Assembly: GCA_951406725.2 (NCBI GenBank)
Contig: OX597820.1
Location: 1,488,001-1,552,000 of the forward strand
DNA length: 64,000 bases
Direction of reading: 5' to 3'
From: Octopus vulgaris
Taxonomy: Eukaryota
Shown here: piece by piece, positions 42,127-55,117 of the stretch
Numbering within the stretch: position 1 is the first letter of the stretch
Layout: the number at the start of each line of letters is the position of its first letter
The notes under the pieces: generated by a model
Told to the model about the DNA's origin: nothing
The model's input: the letters and a program-made list of their open reading frames with translations, nothing else
Database searches by the model: none
Position numbers and translations under genes: made by a program

Positions 42127-42221
42127 TCTCTGCTGACGAGGCACGTCAGTAGTAAATAAATTTAATTTAATTTAATTAATTTGTTTACAAAAGTTTGCCG
42201 AAACTATGCATAGTCCAGAGA
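42127..42221 (+). ncRNA. Canonical type I hammerhead ribozyme with extended AU-rich helix II
   Basis: TCTCTG-CTGACGA-GGCA[52 nt]TGCC-GAAA-CTATGCATAG-TC-CAGAGA; all core nucleotides present, GUC triplet ending at 42215. Confidence 0.88.
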
Positions 42222-42329
42222 TGAAAGGGGCAAACGTTTTTATTTCTCTTTCAATTTCAGAATTACAACTATTAGCGGTTTGAGTTTGGCTGCTCTTTCT
42301 AGTGAATCGAATGTCCTATTATGGCCATT

Positions 42330-43674
42330 CACCTCCCACATCATCAAAGTGTTTGAAAGAGTGTTAAGATCAAGGATGGCTGACTTCCTGGAGACACAGA
42401 AACTCCTAAATGCAAATCAGCATGGCTTTCGCTGTGGCAGGGACTGTCTAATACAGCTCTTACACCACATTGAAGATGTACTCAAAGCCTTGGGAACAGG
42501 TTCGAACTCTGATGTCATATCTTGACTTCAGTAAAGCGTTCGACAGGGTAGACCATAATATCCTACTCTCAAAATTGGCAAATGTTGGAATCCGTGGAAA
42601 AGTTCTACACTGGATCAAGTATTTCCTGGCGAATAGAACACAACAAGTTGTAGTTGATGGAGTCCACTCAAGCCCAGCAAAAGTCACCAGCGGTGTCCCC
42701 CAGGGGACTGTCTTGGGTCCGCTACTCTTCATAATCTACATAAACGACCTTTCCAGTGTCGTACATTACTGCAAAGTGAAAATATTTGCTGATGACACCA
42801 AGCTCCAGCAAATCGTCAATGAAGAAGCAGACCGAACTCAACTCCAGTCTGATCTATATGCTGTGAGTCAATGGGCAGACAGAAACAAAATGCAACTGAA
42901 CGAGGGAAAATTTGAGACCTAGGTGTAATTGTTGATGACGATCTCAGTTGGAGTGCACACATCAACAAGAAGGTCGATATAGCTCGTAGGATGAGTTCCT
43001 GGATCTTAAGAACTTTCCGGTCCAGAGAACAAGGTGTCATCATACCACTCTTCTCCTCCTTTGTACGGCCACACCTCGAATACTGCTGCCCACTGTGGTC
43101 TCCCCATACAAGACAAAACATCTCGAGGATTGAATCACCCCAGAGAGCACTCACTAAACGAATTGAAGGCATGGCTGCTCTCGATTATTGGGATCGCCTT
43201 AAAGCCTTGAAACTCTACTCTCTCCAGCGTCGCCGTGAGCGGTACATCATTTGTACGATGTGGAGAATATACCGCCAACTTTGCCCAAACGACCTGAACA
43301 TAAGCTTCAAGGTTCATCCAAGACTGGGACCACGGGCCATACGTCCCCTGCCCAATTCAAGATCACAGCATACATATACACTACAACATAATTTCTTTTC
43401 CTCAACAGGCCCTGCCCTATTTAACATTGTCCCGAAAGAGATCAAAGAGGAACAGGATCCCATCAACTTTAAACGGAGTCTGGATAGATTCCTTCAAGGA
43501 ATACCAGATAAGCCAACCATAATTGGATACAACTCACCCAACAAAACTCACAACTTGAATGGACCATAAGCAAAACTTGACTTAAACAGGATTCAAATAA
43601 TCCTATCAGGTGGTGCTATTAAGTTAGACATGGCCTGGACCAATCATTGGTCGAAACACATCTAAGTTTATCTA

Positions 43675-43680
<6 letters not shown>
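42330..43680 (+). mobile_element. 5'-truncated CR1-like LINE (RT and C-terminus), frameshifted, with an internal deletion near 42918
   Basis: QHGFR, LDFSKAFDRVDH, SGVPQGTVLGPLLF, FADDTK and RPHLEYC motifs; (TCTAAGTTTA)2 tail. Confidence 0.92.
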
Positions 43681-43725
<45 letters not shown>

Positions 43726-43794
43726 GAAATTTACAGAAAAACAAAAGACGAAGACAGGTGAATAAACAACAAGCAGTCGGGAAGGTGAGAAAGT

Positions 43795-43830
43795 CTTTTA
43801 CATTTCGAGTCTACGCTCTTCAACAGAAAG
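43795..43830 (-). ncRNA. Degenerate minimal hammerhead-like motif within a ~190 bp AT-rich repeat (43722-43912)
   Basis: Minus strand CTTT-CTGTTGA-A GAG CGTAGA CTC-GAAA-TG-TA-AAAG; the core has A6>U. Confidence 0.45.
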
Positions 43831-43910
43831 GAATATGAGGAAATAAACAGAGAGAGAATTTTAAAAAAACTTGTGGATTTAGCGGCCAATCATGGCAAGT
43901 GGTCGGAAAA

Positions 43911-43947
<37 letters not shown>

Positions 43948-44259
43948 CGTGTGTCTGTGTCTATGTTTTCCCCGCATCATCGCTTGACAACCGATGTTAG
44001 TGAGTTTACATCCTCGTAACTTAGCGGTTCGGCAAAAGAGCCCGACAGAATAAGTGCAGGCTTACAAAGAATAATTCAGGTATGAGCAGTTATAAAAACA
44101 ATGATTTTGGGGAAATCAATCAGTGATCGTTGGTTGTTACTAAACTCCACGACACTCACACTAGTGAGTTTTGGTTATCATTAGACTTCACGACACTTAT
44201 ACTAGTGTTCGTTGGTCGTAACTCTTTACGACAAATTGCCTTACTTCCAAATGTACTGT

Positions 44260-44720
44260 AAATACAGGTGTTCAAAGTTTGATAATTATCAGAATTTTCA
44301 TCCAATCAGAAAGCACCGCGTTCGCTGCCTCTTCTATAATCTATCACAGTAGATAGAGGGTGCGCCGGCATGTCAAAACATTAGAAATAACAGTAAAAAA
44401 AAACATGTTATTATGGAAACAATGTTCTTTGCGAACAGTTATGGAACACGTAGTGATTACACGCCTTTGCGCATGCGCAGCATCTTTGGTTACTATGGAA
44501 ACAGAGTTCTTTGCTTACTATACTAACAGAACTTCACGGTGATGTGTAAAATACTCGCTTCTGATTGGCTAAAATACCGCAAATTTTGCAAACTTTAAAG
44601 GCTAATAACTTTTTAACTATAAATTTATAGGGGAAATGATTTTCGTTTACATAATTAGTATACAAAACTTAATCCATCGACCAAATTTGAAAATAATTGG
44701 GACAAAATTGGAGATAGAGA
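44260..44720. mobile_element. Decayed palindromic non-autonomous DNA element
   Basis: Inverted motifs AAAGTTTG..CCAATCAGAAAGC / GCTTCTGATTGG..CAAACTTT. Confidence 0.45.
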
Positions 44721-45192
44721 TTCAAACCACAAACGTCCAAGATGGCTGAATGAAAGGAAATCTCTTATCCGCATAAATCGAAACAATAAGATACAATTGC
44801 TGAAAAGAAGTTGTAACTCAGTGCACAACAAGGGAAAGGAAAAGCGAGGAGAAACTGTACGACATTAAAAAGAGCAAAGTTAAGAAGACTATGGCCATTG
44901 TTCGTTAAAATGAAAGTGAAAGTAATTGTTGTCTGGTCGAACTAAGATGAGTGGGAACTACACAACAACGAAGACGACAAGGCACCGAAGATAAAGGTAA
45001 GCCAATGAAGGAGCCTCAAAGTGGTCGCTCGTCCTGATAGAAATAGCAGCCATGGTCGTTGAAGTCAGACGGAATGCATTGTGAGATCTGTTTTGGCTCT
45101 GTGCACTCTGAGTTCATTTCCTATCTCCTGCCACCTGATATAGAAAAATAAGGAACAACGATACTTCTGTCAGATAGCATATCAACAATGAG

Positions 45193-45451
45193 CAGCGCGG
45201 GGTTGACCATTAAGCAAAATAAACTTGTGGTTAGGGCATCAAAGGAAGTAGGGGCACCACAGAAATAGTAAATGGTTTACGGTACAAAAGAAATCACTTC
45301 AAACTTACTGAAATAAATATTCCAAATGCTTTAAATGGTCGGAAAGTTTTATTTTACGGTTTATTATTGTTTATATCTTGAATTACATACATATTAGGGC
45401 ACCAAAATCTTTTAAGGGTTTAGGGCCTCTGAGAATTATAATCCAGCCCTG
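45193..45451. mobile_element. hAT-type MITE
   Basis: Degenerate TIRs CAGCGCGGGGTTG / TAATCCAGCCCTG; imperfect 8 bp TSD ACAATGAG / ATGATGAG. Confidence 0.6.
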
Positions 45452-46073
45452 ATGATGAGGAACAAAATAGAAACATGGTCTTCTTGGTTTGGTCGAAAGA
45501 TTTGCTACTATAACCAAGTCAGAGAAGTCAGGGAGAGTAAGGGAGAGTAAGGATATAAGCCTATACCCAGCAAATAAAAAAGATCCTCTTAGTTTCTCTC
45601 TTCTTTTGCTTCTCTCTTTCCGTCTTCTCTCTTTCTTCTATTCTTTTGCTCGCTCTCTCTCTCTCTCTCTTTTCACTCCTTCGTTCTCACTTCCTCCGCC
45701 CACAACAATTTCGTCTCTATCAATTCCAACCCCACCTCACAACACCTCATAACTTTATGTCTGCAGGGAGCCCATTCTGTCCTCTCTTTCTCTTTCTCTC
45801 TTTCTCTCTGTGTGTTTGTCAGTCTCTCTCTCTTTCTCCCTTTCTCTCTCTCTCTCTCTACATACACACACATATGTACATACACAAATAGTATAAAGGG
45901 TAATATATATAGTTTTCTCTTTCTTCTACAAGACTTCTTATTTCTATGTCTCGTATTTCCTCTCTCCCTCTCTATCTCCCACTTCTCTCTCTCTCATCTT
46001 TCTCTCTCTATTTCTCTCTGTTTGTCTCTCTCTCTCTCTTTCTCCCTTTCTCTCTTTCTGTATACACACACAC

Positions 46074-46116
<43 letters not shown>

Positions 46117-46473
46117 TTCTCGTCTCTTTCAAGATCTCTTCTGTCTCTTGTATTTACACTTTCCTTCTTTATCTCTCTTTCCCTCTTTCTCTCCCTCTCG
46201 CTCCCTCTCTCCTCCCCCCTCTGTTTCCGATTCAAGTTACTCGACTAAAAGAACCTTCCACAATCTCCTTACAAATATTTCTCGTCTGGTGTGGATGTTC
46301 TCTTCTTGGCAAGAAAACAATGAAATCTTTTTTGACGTAAGTTCAACAGTGTAGGTGGAGGCTGCAACGACGGATGACGTGAAGGTTTGTGATAGGAAAG
46401 AGAGACAGAGAGATTTTTAAACAAACTAGCGAAAGAGGGAAGGAAAAAGACCAAGGAAAGAGTAGGTTGAGTG

Positions 46474-46568
<95 letters not shown>

Positions 46569-48020
46569 GATAGATACAGAGAAAGGGAGAGAGAGAGTAA
46601 TATATTGAGAGGAAAGAACAAAGTAGGCGGGAATGTAGCGTCTCACTCAAGAAAATATGAGTAAGAAACGGAAAACAGGAAAGGATAATGGTGGTAGGAA
46701 TGGAAACAACGTGGTAGGAGGACGGGAGAAGAAGAAGAAGAAGAAGAAGAAGAAGAAGAAGAAGAAGAAGAAGAAGAAGAAGAAGAAGAAGAAGAAGAAG
46801 AAGAAGAAGAAGAAGATAGCTGGAAATAACGTAGATGGTGGAGGAGAAGAAAAGAGGGAATTTGTGAGGAAAAAATAAGAATGGGATTGTATATGAATGT
46901 TGGGTGGGAGGTGGACCGGTGGTGGAGGAAGAAGAAGAAGAACAAGAAGAAGAAGAAGAAAAGTGAGATAAGATAGAAGCGGAAGAGAGAGTAAAAGAGA
47001 GAGTGAAGATTGTAAGTGTGTGCATGTGTGTGATTATGTGTGTGTAAGGTAAGGGAAGGGGGAAATCATAATAGGTATAGGAGATGGAATGAGGAATAGG
47101 TGGGAATGTAAGATGAGGGGGGAAATAGAAGAGGAAGATTGGAGAAAGAGGAGAGAAAGGAGATGATTATTGGTGAAAAAGAAGAATGTTACAGTAGGAG
47201 ACAGAAAATGGAAGATAGTGAGGAGGAGGGGAAGAGGAGGGAGCGGAGGAAGAAGAGGAGGAGGGAGGAGAGTAAGTGAAAACATCGAGGGAGAGAGAAG
47301 CCAAACATAGGCCTGACTGATGGGGAGTGCGGAAGAAAGAAGAAGAAGAAGAAGAAGAAGAAGAAGAAGAAGAAGAAGAAGAAGAAGAAGAAGAAGAAGA
47401 AGAAGAAGAAGAAGAAGAAGAAGAAGAAGAAGAAGAAGAAGAGGGGAAAAGGAAAGAAGAGAGAAAGAACGATGAAGAAAAAGAATGCATGATGAAATCA
47501 GTCGAGTCTCAGAAAGGAGAGGATAAGAAGTTGTTATTGTTTTTGTTGTTGTCTAGGCTGTGTATCGAGGCCTGCTGCGAATTTTTTAAAATTATATAAC
47601 AGTGATTTCCAACCTTTTTCCTAAGCCTTTGCCCTTAATACTTGATCAAGTTTTGCTTATCCTACGAAAGTAATATTATATTTGAAGATGAACTAATAAA
47701 ATTTCTAGTAATTAATTTTTTTAAAAAACAACTGAACTATATACAGCACTGTGGAATAACAAAATTATTGGTGCGTTTAATAGAGCAAAGTTATTTTTAA
47801 GTCAATTCATTTTAGCTGGAAAAACGATTTTAATAACGTATATACTTTCGCTCTTCGTCTTATACCTTGAAATGACATCTCGCATCCCCACGAGTTCAAG
47901 CACCTCAAATAGGGAGCTCCCATGATAGAAAATTCATATTAATGCTTTGGAGTAATGAAAAATGTGTTGTTAATAATTTTCTTGAACGTAAGATTAATGT
48001 GTGTGTGCGTGTGTTTGTGT

Positions 48021-48081
<61 letters not shown>

Positions 48082-48586
48082 TGTGTGTGTGTTAATATCT
48101 CTGGTACCTCTTTTATCAGCTTCAGCTATAGGATTGTGGCCATGCTGGAGCACCGCCTTGAAAAGTTTAAAACAAATCGACCCCAGTACTGATTATTTTA
48201 CAATCTAGTAATTATTCTGTTTATCGTTTTTTTTTTGCCGAGCCGCTAAGTTACGGAGACGTAAACAAACCAACACTGGTTGTCAAGTAGTGGTGGGGTA
48301 ACAGATACAAGCATGCACACACACACAACGACTACTACTACTACTACTACTACTGTCATTATTCCATTGATCCCGTATAATATTGTGCCTTTTTTCTTGT
48401 GTCAGTCATTAGACTGCTGCCATGCTGGAGCACCGTCTCGTAGAATTGAAGTTGAACGAATAGACTCCAGTACATGTTTTTTTAAAGCCTCACACATATT
48501 CTATCGGTCCGCCAACTTACAAGGATGCAAACACCAACATCAATTGTCAATCAGTCGTGGAATACAAACAGACACACATGCACACG

Positions 48587-48639
<53 letters not shown>

Positions 48640-49372
48640 ATAAAGTCAGCAGCTAACAACTGTTATCATTGCACAGAAACGGGACAAGAACGCAAAACAT
48701 CCGGACAACTAGGTGATACAAAAAGGGACAACAAAACAACTAGATAGACAATGCAAAGAAAACAAGGACGGGTCATTCGAAGTTTTCTATCTTCAGTCAA
48801 GAACCAGATTATCCTCGCAATTTCAGCTGATTATTCTTGAGATTGCTCCAATCTGGCCAGCCCCAAGGAAAAACTAAGCTAAGGGCATTAGATTCCTTGG
48901 AAGAAAGCAGCGAATGTATACAAAAACAAGGACGGAAAAAACGGACAGTGTTACACAAATATAAATACAATAAAAATAATAACAGGACATAACAACAGGT
49001 GTCTTTCGACTAAGGACGAATTAAATTAAGCTGGCGCGTGTGGAAATGAAACCTTACGGCAGAGGTACAAAATTTTTACAAGCACAGGGAAGAATATCGA
49101 TGTTGCAGACCAAGAAAGAAAGAGCAAGCTGGCCGATCGGTCACATGAGAAGAGAGAGAGGAGAAGAAGCAGAGGGACAGAAGAATTAAGGAGGGATTAG
49201 GAAAATGACAGGGACACAGTGAAGTGAAAAATGGAGGGAAAGTGAGTAAGAAGGCAAAGAAATGTGAGAGAGAGGGAACGAAAGAACGAAGAGTGGAATG
49301 AACGAATAAGCGTGAAAGGGCTGATAGACAGAAGCAGAGTCGTACAAGATTTTGTAAGATGTGTCGTACAAG

Positions 49373-49405
<33 letters not shown>

Positions 49406-49462
49406 CGAGTGAGTGGGCAAACGAAAGAAAGGCACTCAACCAATTTATTGGGAGTTACATGT

Positions 49463-49624
49463 ATGGATCAAAGCAGTTTGATTCAAATTCGTTGGTACTC
49501 TTGAGTTTCAAGTGCAATGCTTGTCGTCATGCATTTTGAATTTAAATTTGAAATGTCTGACGACTAGCATTACACTTGAAACTCAAGAGTACCATCGAAT
49601 TTGAATCAAACTTCTTTGATCCAT
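49463..49624. mobile_element. Near-perfect 162 bp palindrome (MITE-like)
   Basis: ATGGATCAAAGCAGTTTGATTCAAATTCG... / ...CGAATTTGAATCAAACTTCTTTGATCCAT. Confidence 0.8.
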
Positions 49625-49630
49625 CCATCC

Positions 49631-49728
<98 letters not shown>

Positions 49729-49796
49729 TTTCGGTGCGAATGGTCTTGTTATGCGACGCCGGGTTTTACAATCCCGTAAATAATAATAATGTATTT

Positions 49797-50064
49797 TTAT
49801 ATAAGCGTAAAGCTTATAGCGATCACCGTGCAATGATCAAGGAAAATAGTCTAATAATGGGGCATATAAACCCTTGACAGAAAAAAGTAGGCTTTCCGCG
49901 TGTAATGGTAACACACTTAGTTGCGTTAACAAAGGGATGTGGGTTCGAGTCCCACGCGGATGGGAAAGCCTAGTTTTTTTCTGTCGAGGGTTTATATGCC
50001 CCTTTATTAGACTATTTTCCTTAGTCGTTGCAAGGTGATCGCTGTAAGCTTTGGGCTTATATAA
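49797..50064. mobile_element. Foldback element with a tRNA-like sequence in the loop
   Basis: Arms 49797-49897 / 49963-50064. Confidence 0.8.
49893..49965 (+). pseudogene. tRNA-like sequence (possible GTT anticodon), not a canonical cloverleaf
   Basis: A-box-like TGTAATGGTAA, T-arm GTGGG-TTCGAGT-CCCAC and a downstream T7 run at 49974-49980. Confidence 0.6.
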
Positions 50065-50078
50065 GCACCATATATATA

Positions 50079-50240
50079 GGCGCAGGAGTGGCTGTGTGGT
50101 TAGTAGCTTTCTTACCAACCACATGGTCCTAGGTTCAGTCCCACTACGTGGCACCTTGGGCAAGTGTCTTCTACTATAACCTCGGGCCCACCAAAGCCTT
50201 GTGAGTGGATTTGGTAGACGGAAACTGAAAGAATCCCGTC

Positions 50241-50279
<39 letters not shown>

Positions 50280-50512
50280 TGTGTATGTGTTTGTGTGTGT
50301 ATGTATGTATATGTGTGTGTGTCTGTTTGTCTCCCCACCATCACTTGACAACCGATGTTGGTGTGTTTACGGCCCCGTAACTTAGCGGTTCGGCAAAAGA
50401 GAACGATAGAATAAGTACTAGGCTTACAAAGAATAAGTCCTGGGGTCGATTTGTTCAACTAAAAGGCGGCGCCCCAGCATGGCCGCAATCAAATGACTGA
50501 AACAAGTAAAAG
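50079..50512 (+). mobile_element. Intact S1 SINE
   Basis: GGCGCAGGAGTGGCTGTGTGG head, CORE-like CCTTGGGCAAG, central (TA)n and GAAACAAGTAAAAG tail. Confidence 0.93.
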
Positions 50513-51377
50513 AATATATATATATATATACGACGGGCTTCTTTCAGTTTCCGCCTACTTAAATCCACTCCCAAGACCTTGCCCGGCTCAAGGCTCAAGG
50601 CTACCGTAAAAGATATTTGTCCAATGTGCCATGCAAACGAGAACCAAACTTTTCGCCACTCAGCCACGCCTGCGCCTATAAGCGGGTGAGGTGGGGATTA
50701 TCCCCATTTTCTTCTGAAGTTATCTGTGGTGTGACATTGAATTCAGAGTTAAAAGCTATAAACGCATTTTCTCTCCTACCTCTACTAACTTTACTATGAG
50801 TTCAGTAAGTACTCAGCAAGTACTCTACTATGACGACTTTTCTGCAATAAACGTTCCATTGATACTAAAATGGTAACTGAAGATAAGATGGCTGTATCGA
50901 GTTACGAACGTCGTTTCGGCGATGGATGAATTACCAACAATGTCATTGTACAAGCTGTCGTCGGCAGCGAGATATTATCTTTATTAGAAACCCGATCTTC
51001 GGCACATGAACACACACGAGTGTGCACACACGTGTTCATACACACTCGTGCATAGATTAAATAATTACACACACATTCATGCATGCATACATACATACAT
51101 ACATACATACATACCTATACATGCATGCACACACATAAATTTCTACCTAAAAGTGTGAATGTGTATGTGCGTGTATGTGCATGTGTGTGTGTGTGTGTGT
51201 GTACGTATATATTACGTTGATTCCAGTAACTCTGCTCCCATATTGAGTACTTCACCCATTCCTCTTAATCAAATAACATGTCTTATATGTGGGAGGGGCT
51301 TTATATATGTGTGTGTGTATGTGTGTATACGCGCCTTCACTATATATATATATAGAGAGAGAGGGTTAGAGAGTGAA

Positions 51378-51690
51378 GGCTTGAAGCTAAGTGGCTAGGG
51401 TATTCTGCTAACAGTGAGGATGTGAGTTCGATTCCTGGTAGCATGTTGTGTCCTTGGGCAAGGCACTTTATTTCACGTTGATCCTGTCCACTCAGCGGGC
51501 AAAACTGAGTTGTAACTGTAAGCGAAAGGGCCAGCCACATCAGATTCTGTGTCACGCAGATTCTCCCCTGAGAACTATGTTAGGGTACGCGTGTCTGTGG
51601 AGGGCTCACACACTCGTACCTTTCTTTTCACAAGCAGGTTGTTCCGTTGACCGGACCAGTTAGAACACTTGTTACCGTCGGAGTACCGGC
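51378..51690 (+). mobile_element. tRNA-derived CORE-type SINE, family S3
   Basis: A/B boxes (AAGTGGCTAG, GAGTTCGATTCC) followed by GTGTCCTTGGGCAAGGCACTTTA. Confidence 0.75.
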
Positions 51691-51709
51691 TTATAAATAT
51701 ATATATATA

Positions 51710-52271
51710 TTGGGTTGTCCGGAAAGTTCGTGCCGATTTATAGTAGCTTGCCTTTTGACTTATTTTAGAAGATGGTTGAGTCCATAAAATAGAATTTGTC
51801 TACACCCCCATTTAGAGCACAGTTTAAGTTATCTTTTTGTGGAAGAAGGTTTATGTTCCTATAACCTGTGTTAATTCTGTAACCCTTTAAAATGGAAAAT
51901 AAGAAAGTTCATTTTCAGCACTTGATACTTTGGGAACCAGACAAAAATTGCTGCAGCTCGGCTAGGATGTGTTACCCCACCCTCCATATTCACCAGATAT
52001 TGCTCCTTCAGAATTCCACTTATTCAGGTCTCTGCAGAATAGTCTTAATGGTAAAAATTTCAATTCCTTGGATGACGTAAAAAGATAACTTGATGAATTC
52101 TTTGCCATGAAACCACCTCAATTCTGGGAATAGGGTATTTTCAGGTTAAAGGAAAGATGGAGATGCATTGTGCAACAAAATGGTTCATATTTGGTTGATT
52201 AAAAATGTAATGGCAAGTATTTAGCGACCTTTTTATTTCCTTTAAAAATCGGCACGAACTTTCCGGACAAC

Positions 52272-52275
<4 letters not shown>
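51710..52275 (+). mobile_element. Internally deleted mariner transposon
   Basis: Perfect TIRs TTGGGTTGTCCGGAAAGTTCGTGCCGATTT, TA flanks, and transposase remnant HPPYSPDIAPSEFHLFRSLQN. Confidence 0.93.
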
Positions 52276-52339
<64 letters not shown>

Positions 52340-52342
<3 letters not shown>

Positions 52343-52541
52343 GAGCTGGGTGCTGAAAAGTACCTGGCTTTGAGGATGTTGCGAAAGGGCTGGCTGGAGG
52401 CCCACTTTTTTTTACAGGGCTTTGAAAACTGAATGACCGTTGCAATAATCTGGGAGGAGGATACGTTGTATAAAATCGTAATTAACTGACCCTCCTGTAT
52501 TTTCTTCTACCCAAAACCAGGAACTTTTCAACACTCCCTTG
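52340..52541. mobile_element. Mariner-type MITE
   Basis: GGGTGCTGAAAAGTACCTGGCTTT / AAAACCAGGAACTTTTCAACACTC. Confidence 0.75.
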
Positions 52542-52737
52542 ATACGCACACATAAACAAACACACACACACGACACATGACACACGGACACAATTGAGAA
52601 GCATATGGTACACGTACAATCAATAGTCACAAATACACAACAGAAATGCTACACATGTGCACACCTGCGCATGCGCGTGCACATACACGCATTTACAAAC
52701 CAAATAGACATACACACTTTTTAATATTATTAACGTA

Positions 52738-52943
52738 CAGTAATCCGTCGCTATATCGCGGTCCACCTCTCGCACACTCACTACATCACACATTTTTCTG
52801 GCTAATATATGTAAATTTATATCGCGGGCTCCTCAGTATATCGCGGGTTTCTGCGGCCGATAGGTATTTATATTTTTTTAGATTTTAATTATTTCTGTGG
52901 GAGATTTTGGAACGTAAAACCCGCGATAGTCGAGAGATGACTG
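52738..52943. mobile_element. Tigger/pogo-like MITE
   Basis: TA-CAGTAATCCGTCGCTATATCGCGG / CCGCGATAGTCGAGAGATGACTG-TA. Confidence 0.8.
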
Positions 52944-53151
52944 TACAGCTACATAAGCTCGAATAATTTCTAAAAATAAAACGATATACTCCCTTCAATT
53001 CACAAATACCTACACTTGAATATGTACTCTTATCTCAACATATATACATATATGTATACTCACACATGTACTCATAAATACACACATACCCACACTACAT
53101 TCATCTACTAACACACCTGTTTCTATGCCACTATACATGCAAATATACATG

Positions 53152-53203
<52 letters not shown>

Positions 53204-53368
53204 CATGTGTATGTGTGTCTGTGTATATATATATATATACATGTGTATGTGTGTCTGTGTGTCTGTGTGAATATATATTATATATGTGTGCATGCGTGTG
53301 TGTGTGTATTTAGGTATTTATGTATATGCAATACATACAGAAACTCACACATGTCATATATGCGTGTG

Positions 53369-53400
<32 letters not shown>

Positions 53401-53714
53401 GGGGTGCGTGTGCGCGTGTGTGTGCGTATGTAATTGTGAGCGTACAAACGAAAGCAAAAACACTCAACATATCTCGGAGGTTAAACAGTTGATACATATG
53501 TATGTATGTATGTATGTATGTGCGTATGTATGTGTGCATGTGTATGTATTTATGTGTGTATATATGTATGTGTGTATGTGTGCGTGTGTGTATGCATGTG
53601 CGTATATACGAATGTGTGTATATATGTATGTGTGCGTGTGTATATGCCCGTGTGTATGTACATGTGTATATATGTGTGTACCTATGTATGTTTGTATGTA
53701 TCTATGTATGTGTA

Positions 53715-53753
<39 letters not shown>

Positions 53754-54336
53754 CACACACAGCACGCTCGTACAGCACCTTCTATTTAGCTAAATAAATA
53801 CTAAACATCTTCGACTAATGACAACAACCACTTGACTAAATACTCAGATGAAACATTAAGACATTTCGTTGACAGGTGCATTTGTTATCTCGAAGTTGCT
53901 CACGAACGCCGGTCGCTGCTGTCACGTGACGAACAGGCGTCACGTCATCTGCTGACATTTTCATAGACGACGCCACAAGAAGAATCGGTGATGTTTAATT
54001 GACGCATAAAAGGCACGCTTGAAAGTATACATGTGAAAGTATATATTGCATATATATATATGACAGTGATTTCGAAGCTTCGGCCAGCTAAGTCGTCGTC
54101 GGACTGTACTCTTGTATAAGAATAATAGATTTGTACTCTAAAAAAGTAACGAGTGACTAAGATTAATGTATAATTGTTGTTTATTTTTTATATATAACTG
54201 AACACTATACGTGCATACATTTATACATTTACAAGTGTGTGTATATTAGGTCTACAGATATGGAAAGCGATATAGATATAGACATACACACACACGCACA
54301 CACACACACATGTATGTATGTATATAAGTAAGTTTG

Positions 54337-54368
<32 letters not shown>

Positions 54369-54432
54369 CAGACAGATAGGCTTTAAAAAGGGCGCATTTA
54401 TTTTATTTTATATATATATATATGCATATGCA

Positions 54433-54469
<37 letters not shown>

Positions 54470-54481
54470 GTATATATGTAT

Positions 54482-54532
<51 letters not shown>

Positions 54533-55054
54533 TAAAATACAAAAATGGGACAAGAATGCATAACATCCAGACAAGTGATACAAAAAAGGGACAACAAAAC
54601 ATCCAGACATACGATACAAAGAAAACAAAGACGGGTCATTCGGAGTTTTCTTTCCTCAGTCGAGTTCCAGATTATCTTCGCAATTTCGGCTGGTTATACT
54701 CAAGATTGCTCCAATCTGGCCAGAACCATCGAAAAACTAAGCTAAGAGCATTAGATTCATTGGAAGAAAGCAGCGAATGTATACGATATATACACACATA
54801 CATATATACGTATGTATATGTATGTGTGTGTATGTGTATGTATGTGTATTCTTTTATTATTTTCTTTTACTTGCTTCTGTTATTTGACTGCGGCCATGGT
54901 GGAGCACTGCCTTGAAGGGTTTTAGTCGAAGAAATCGATCCCAGGACTTATTATTTTTAGGCTTAGTACTTATTTTATCGTTCTCTTTTGTCGAATCGCT
55001 AAATTACGGTGACGTAAACACATCATCAACACACACAAAGCCATGTGCCCCCCC

Positions 55055-55117
<63 letters not shown>

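Noticed and set aside
45449-45488. CTGATGA...GAAACATGGTC hammerhead-like spacing
   Set aside because: CTG is the end of a hAT TIR and ATGATGAG is its TSD; helices I and II do not form
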